A stretch of 64,000 nt of DNA from Iphione sp. A-MEVVRFRX5 (taxonomy: Eukaryota). The stretch covers positions 36,084,001 to 36,148,000 of the forward strand of contig OZ320316.1 in NCBI GenBank assembly GCA_976226885.1, read 5' to 3'. The first letter of the stretch is position 1; each line of letters begins with the position of its first letter. Under the pieces are notes generated by a model. It searched no databases, was not told the DNA's origin, and saw only the letters and a list, made by a program, of their open reading frames with translations. Below, piece after piece: positions 58,340-64,000 of this stretch. The translations under genes and the position numbers were made by a program.

Positions 58340-60100
58340 TTATAAATGGCCACAGTGTGCTGATGAGAAGTTATACTTGTTTCTAATCGATTCTTTATGG
58401 AATTCGACCGTTGACCTCATTGAATAATGAAATCGATCAGAGATGCATACAAGGAAACGGTTTTGGCCGCCATCGTGCATGACCCTTTCTAACCAGGTGG
58501 GTAGTTTTTTCCCTTGGATGTTGCTTTCCTCTGCCATTTATTTCATTATTATTCAAAGCTCGCTGGCACCCATATGTAGCCTTGAGTAACAAATTGTAGA
58601 GTCGGAGTACTCACATAACAGATATATGGGGCATCGGTTGGGATGTGCTAATTGTATTGGTCCAGAGTTTGGGATTGAAGGGTCTCTGATGACTATCATC
58701 TCCTTGTCGAATTTTTGTGAGGCATTCAGTAAATTTGACATACGTATTTCTAGCTGAATCTGTCTGGATAGCGAAATCACCCCACTTGAGCTGCTGGCTC
58801 TCCTGTCATCCACAGAATCCAAACCATTTTGTTCATGTGTACCAGAGGGCATTACATAACCCTTTGGGCGTATCTGCTGCAATTGTACCTTTCTCCCATA
58901 AAATATTCTCCTCCTCTATGCTTAAAGATTCTGCCTGCAATATAATTCTTCTAGTTTTTTTTTTCATATACATGTATTATTCATTTGGGGTTATGTACTG
59001 ATCCATTATGGGAAGCAATTTGCTTATTATAGTCATCTGCTATATTGTGTACGTCACAAATAAATAACGTAAAAATTGCTTACCTTGTTTATTTTGTTGC
59101 ATAGACCTTGGGACTTCAGCTGTTTTCTTCTCTCTCCAAGACTTTTCTGCACGTGTTGAATTCGGCATTGGTTGTTACTGACTTCCCTATATTTCTTATC
59201 TTCCAGATAGCACTTGAAGCTACCAAACATGGAGGTGAGTGAGTTTGGTTCACAGTCGGCATTGTCAACTTATTTTATGTGCAGGAAAAATTGTTCCTAA
59301 TATGGGTGGCAGTGACGCTCCTATTCTTTCAATTCCCCAGTGATTATTTCAGCCCCAGCACTGGCCTACTTCGTTTTTATTGGCGAAACAGAAGGCATTA
59401 ACATTTAGGCCTACTGGATTTCTTGAAAATCAAAATGGCAAATGGATATCGACTCAACTTTTTAAGGTTGAACTATGGAGATAATAGATTGTTTTCAGTG
59501 AAACCAAGATAAAAATCAATCGCATTTCATAGAAATATGCCTTTCTGATGTGTGTAGAAGGTATTACGACTGATATTTTGATTTATATGTAGACTTTTAG
59601 TTCACGGCGTCATGATCGGCACAAACTGGAAGTAAGAAAATGCGGCCAAGGTGTATGCTCAGTAGGATATTTATTGAGTCAGACCTGCACAGATCAATAA
59701 CTGAGAATGGCACATTTGGTCAACATGATGAATGTGAGTTGAAATGAAATAATAATGGACCTTCTGCGCCCTGCAAAAGGTATATTTCTATGCATTCTCT
59801 CAGAAAACCATATCAGAATTGTGATTAATGACTTTATCTCATGCTGGGTGGAGATTCTAAATGCCTCCAGCATGTCAACACTTAGAATCTCTGACCCAGC
59901 CCGATGCCATCCGTAACAACTTAGTCCTAGATGTATTGGGTATATTGAGGCCTTCAGGTTCAATTTCTTCGATATTTCTGCCTTCTCCAACACATCTTAG
60001 ATGTTCATTTATGCTCCAGACATCTCTTCTGTTTTTTCACAATTTCTGGATTTTGCCTGCTGTCTATGAATGTATGTAATTCGGCCACATCTAGCCTCAG
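58340..60100 (-). mobile_element. Decayed Crypton-type tyrosine recombinase (DUF3504-like) containing an intron
   Basis: FIDSRQNP, GEGRNIEEIEPEGLN, CEPNSLTSMFGSFKCYL, RRKQLKSQGLCNKINK | AESLSIEEENILWEKG, PKGLCNALWY, QESQQLKWGD, ECLTKIRQG, RPFNPKLW, KTTHLVRK. GT-AG intron at 59083-58935. Confidence 0.82.
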
Positions 60101-62246
60101 TCATGTATCTCCATCAAACAGTTCCTTTGAAACGTCCTGCAAATGGACTCTTTTCACTTTCTTGGAGGGTTTTGGTCGCTTCTTATGTTGTTTCCCCTTT
60201 GAAAACGATTTCTGGGGCGTTAGGCCAGGTTTCTGTGTGTCAAGTCTTTTTTCTCCGAACTCGAGGTGCATGGGCCTGGAAAAAATGACCATATAACATT
60301 CTATAGGCATGCTGTAACGTTAGTCCTGGTTTCAGATTCCAGGATCCGTAGAGGTCTGTGGATGGAAACAGACAATGTCCATAAATTTACACATTTTCCA
60401 AAATCCGTGCATACCGACTGCTTAGTAGCATGAGACTGGTGATTTTTTTCTGGTCACAGCTAAGGGAAACTGGCTAAGATATGTTAGATGATGTGAAATA
60501 TTTGGTAATTTGCATATGATTTGACAGGAATTCAGTGAGATCTCCACACAAAACATGCAATTTACACAGATTTGTCAGGTGTTCAGTAAGATCTGCACAA
60601 AACCTTGGTAGACATCCACCAGAGGCACAATAGACCCTTCACTTTTTTACACTATGAGCAAAACTACGACATCATTCTAACATGAAATTAACTTTTCAAA
60701 CTTCTGAAATAAGCTACCCAAGTGTTACTTCTCTGCTTTCTGTGATCAAATGAATATAATTGACAATTGAATTATCAAATATCTTTGGGACTTCTTATAT
60801 AGAATGTAAAAGATATGTTGTAGTTTATGATGTTTTTTCTGCTGAAATACACCAAAGTCAATGTTATCCGATGGGTCAATTGGTCGCTGGTCCATACGGT
60901 TCAACATAACGCTCTGGCACAGATTTCTTGGAACCAATCAGCCAGCACCTTACTTTTCAGCAGTGATTCAGCAAGTCTTTTACAAACAACCTGCTGTTAT
61001 AAACAATCTCCTACACATACATGTACCAAATTTTCAAGAAATATCACTAATGTACACATATCCAGTGTAGATATCAACGTGAAAGGGTTAAGGTAACTTA
61101 TAATTATTACAGAAAAAGGTTAGAGTTTAGGTTGGGGTTAGTGTTTATTTTTTGCTAAAATCCACCTTCATTGGCTCTCAACAAATAGATCTGCGCTTGA
61201 TGGCCCTCTCAAGATGTGTTGTGCACGGGTGTGTACAAACTCGGTATGCCCGATTAGTATATTGTATCAGCATAGGTATGTAATAAAAGTATGTACTCTG
61301 TGAAATTAGTTGTGTATAGTTTCAAAGCAGACCACAATTCAATGGTTGCTTATTTTGACTGACAGTTGAGGACAGCCAATCACCGCACATCCTACAAAAC
61401 ATTGGAGTCAATGGAAGGGTTGAAATTCACTGTTAAGATTAAAGATAGAACTTTTGCTTTTAACAGTATAAAGTACTTATATGTACAATGTTTCACAGAA
61501 AATTTATATTTTTTGGTCCAATAGTTTGTAAGTTACAAGAGCTCAAAGATGAGTCTTTTACCATTGGAAAGGCCTAGGAAGCAAGCGGCTTGTCTATGCC
61601 AGATGCATGTGTCAGGAACGCTTCTGGGTGGGAGGAGGTATCTGCCAAAAAGCAATCGGTCAATATTTAACAAGGATATGCAAGGGAGAACTCACCAGAG
61701 TCTTCCAGTTCATTCTGGCTGTTTTTACATTGGTGGAAGAGCGACTAGTCCTGCCACCTAACGAAGAAAAAATAAACTATAAACGTCCATTGACAGCAGA
61801 CCCGTCTTTAGCTTTAGGAAAAAAATTTAGCAGTCAATCTAAGGCATGCCGTTCATAATAATCACGTATAGGACTTGAGAGAAATCGGCCCTAAATTTCT
61901 ATTGCGAAAATTCGAACGAGAATTTCTTGAAACTTCATTCATTCCACATGTAGATATTCTGATACCTAGTAGTTAGTCTTTCGTTATCCGGTGCCGCTTG
62001 CGGATGCTGAAGGATAAGAAAGCATTGGTAATTTGACCATTTGTAACTAAAAAATACTCTGAAGGCAAATTATAAGTTGTAAATCGAAACACATAATGGA
62101 TTTTTACAGAAGGTACGAGATTAACATCACTTATTTCAAAACAGACATTTCTTGGGGTGGCATTTATAGCAGCCGACATCCACATTGCCATCGTCTGCTT
62201 TGGTGAGAACGAGGCGGCAGTGGAGAGGACAGTTTTAGAAACAAAG

Positions 62247-62335
62247 ATGGCGACGTCGGCTGTACTTACTGTCGTCTTGCTGCAACTATTTTCATCCTTG
62301 CAGCCAACGTGCGGAACACTACCGGATCTAGGGGT
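62247..62335 (+). CDS. Probable first coding exon (signal peptide) of an unidentified secreted or membrane protein
   Basis: aagATGGCG start context; MATSAVLTVVLLQLFSSLQPTCG is signal-like; donor GT|gtaagt at 62336. No downstream exon found in the window. Confidence 0.6.
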
Positions 62336-64000
62336 GTAAGTACTCTAAGACTTTTCATAAGTGACTCGTTATGTAGCTTGAAATTCATGATTTGGCTTCT
62401 TTTACCCCGTAAACAGCTTGCACTTAGTTAGGGATACGCCGACAGCGATGGTGTTCTCGCTGTGCAGCTGTTCCCGAGTGACAGCTCCCTTCTCCCCACA
62501 AACCTAGATGCAGCATGTGTATTCTTATCCATACATCAGCTGGACATTTCCCTTGCTAGGATGTGTGACTGAATCGTAAAATCATGGCTGTGCCATCTTG
62601 CATGTATCAGTGTAAAGCTTGGTTTCGAACTTCCCCTGCGTATGTTATATTCAAGTCGTGATCGTAAACTCAGGCACTCATTTCGAATCCACCTCTCGAC
62701 GCTTAACTTTCAAGCCGCAGGGTGCCATATCCCCCTGTAAGTCTCACCTGTGTGTAATGAACGAAAATCTAGACTCGACAAGGGTATGTGTTGATGTTTA
62801 CCTAGGGAATTTACCAATGGAAAGAATATCTAGCTGAAAATCCAGTCCCTTAGCTGAACATTTAGTTCTTGGTTAAATATATAATGAAAATAAAAAGGAG
62901 CACCATGCACAGACATAATGGCTTGGGTTTTATATGGATAAGTTTAGGTGTACATATTTGCAAACAGCGACTCGCCGAATCTCAAGTTAATACCTTTCAA
63001 ATGTGTGTACTGCCTTCGGTCATGTTACAGGCCGTTACATATACGTGTACACAGCTACCCGCATATATCGCCCTCCCGACTCCCCCCCCCCCCGCAACCA
63101 CCCACACCTACACACACACCCCTTGAGGATTTTGTTTCGACTGCACAGCTAAATTAAAGCGAGTAAACCGAAAGTCTACTATTATTAAATTATAGATTCT
63201 TTGACAGGACAAATTGTATACATGGTACGTATAGTCTATGTAAATGTCGGTATTTATGTCAAAAGTAGAATTCCGTAAGGTTGCATGTATTATGTAATAT
63301 AAAATATTTATCCGTGATTCATATTTTATCACCATTAGCTCTCTCTCGTGTCTTTTCGTGTCTCCCCTCGTACTACTCGTTCATATCTGTGCCGGTCAGC
63401 TGTACTCTTCGACCGTACCTGTTTATACCCCCACCAACAGCAGTAACTACACTACATGTGCGACTATGTACACTGTGATCACAGTATGGTCACCCCGGCC
63501 CACTACCCTGCTGCAAAGAGGCAGCCGTAGTACACCGTCCGGGTAGTCATAAAAATAATCCTTCGCCCATCAAGTCCGGCTCGGTGTCGGGAGACACCCA
63601 GTGAGCCCCCGCCCTTTGCGTGGGCCCGTTTATTTTCATTCCTCTTACATTTTTGATGGCGAAAAAATATAGAGAGCCAAGAGCAGAAACCATTGATTTG
63701 TGGATGCGGTGCGACGTTTAGGGCTGGGATGTGGCGTGCAGATCCCGAGGCGAGACATATCAGTATTGATCAAGATCGTTGTGAATGTATTGACGTCTTC
63801 CCTGTGGTCGGCGAGATATTTGGTACAAGTGACAGTCAAAAATTGCGGTCCATTTTTACAGGCTCTTTCTTTGGAGCCGCTCGGACTCCCTTTGTGTCTT
63901 GCGTGTGCTGTATCGTTCCCTTCGTTTGATGGCCCTTGTCTCTATATCCCAGCATCTTCACGGCCCTCCACTATCTCCACATATTTATTGATGGACGTGC

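Noticed and set aside
61075-61091. piggyBac-like terminus ...gaaaggg|TTAA
   Set aside because: No partner TIR or transposase sequence was found nearby.
61696-61713. MNWKTL resembling the N-terminus of SMIM11 or beta-connexins
   Set aside because: Six residues only, and no matching continuation exon was found.
63640-63930. NGPQF and HPQING words suggesting an integrase
   Set aside because: Their spacing is about twice that in real integrases and there are intervening stops.
1-64000. CRISPR arrays, rRNA or tRNA genes, operon-like systems
   Set aside because: None seen. The DNA is eukaryotic, and the tandem arrays lack unique spacers.

Overview
Eukaryotic genomic DNA, intron-rich and crowded with transposons, probably from an invertebrate animal (inference from the gene and TE content). 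Most ORFs in the supplied track are noise. Host genes: (1) a minus-strand aquaporin, exon 1 at 15192-14419 and an 81-bp exon at 309-229, running off the window start. It has non-canonical NPS/NSA boxes and Glu in place of the aromatic/arginine (ar/R) filter His. (2) A complete 13-exon plus-strand astacin metalloprotease with four ShK domains (30936-41049, 490 aa as reconstructed). (3) A probable signal-peptide first exon at 62247, head-to-head with a candidate spliced minus-strand transcript. Mobile DNA: a very young, full-length DIRS1-type tyrosine-recombinase retrotransposon inside the aquaporin intron (5089-11758; inverted terminal repeats (ITRs), a perfect internal complementary region (ICR), gag, RT/RNaseH/methyltransferase-like pol with one frameshift, recombinase); a decayed Polinton/Maverick (integrase plus pPolB); a decayed Gypsy element with an env-like ORF; an intron-containing Crypton recombinase remnant; a 5'-truncated CR1/L2-group LINE with an open RT ORF in an astacin intron; Penelope-like, piggyBac and LINE fragments; several MITEs and tandem arrays; one 145-N gap. 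I found no clearly new multi-gene system. The best leads are the unusual aquaporin pore, the env-bearing Gypsy element and the DIRS architecture. All family assignments come from motif recognition by eye, with no database searches.
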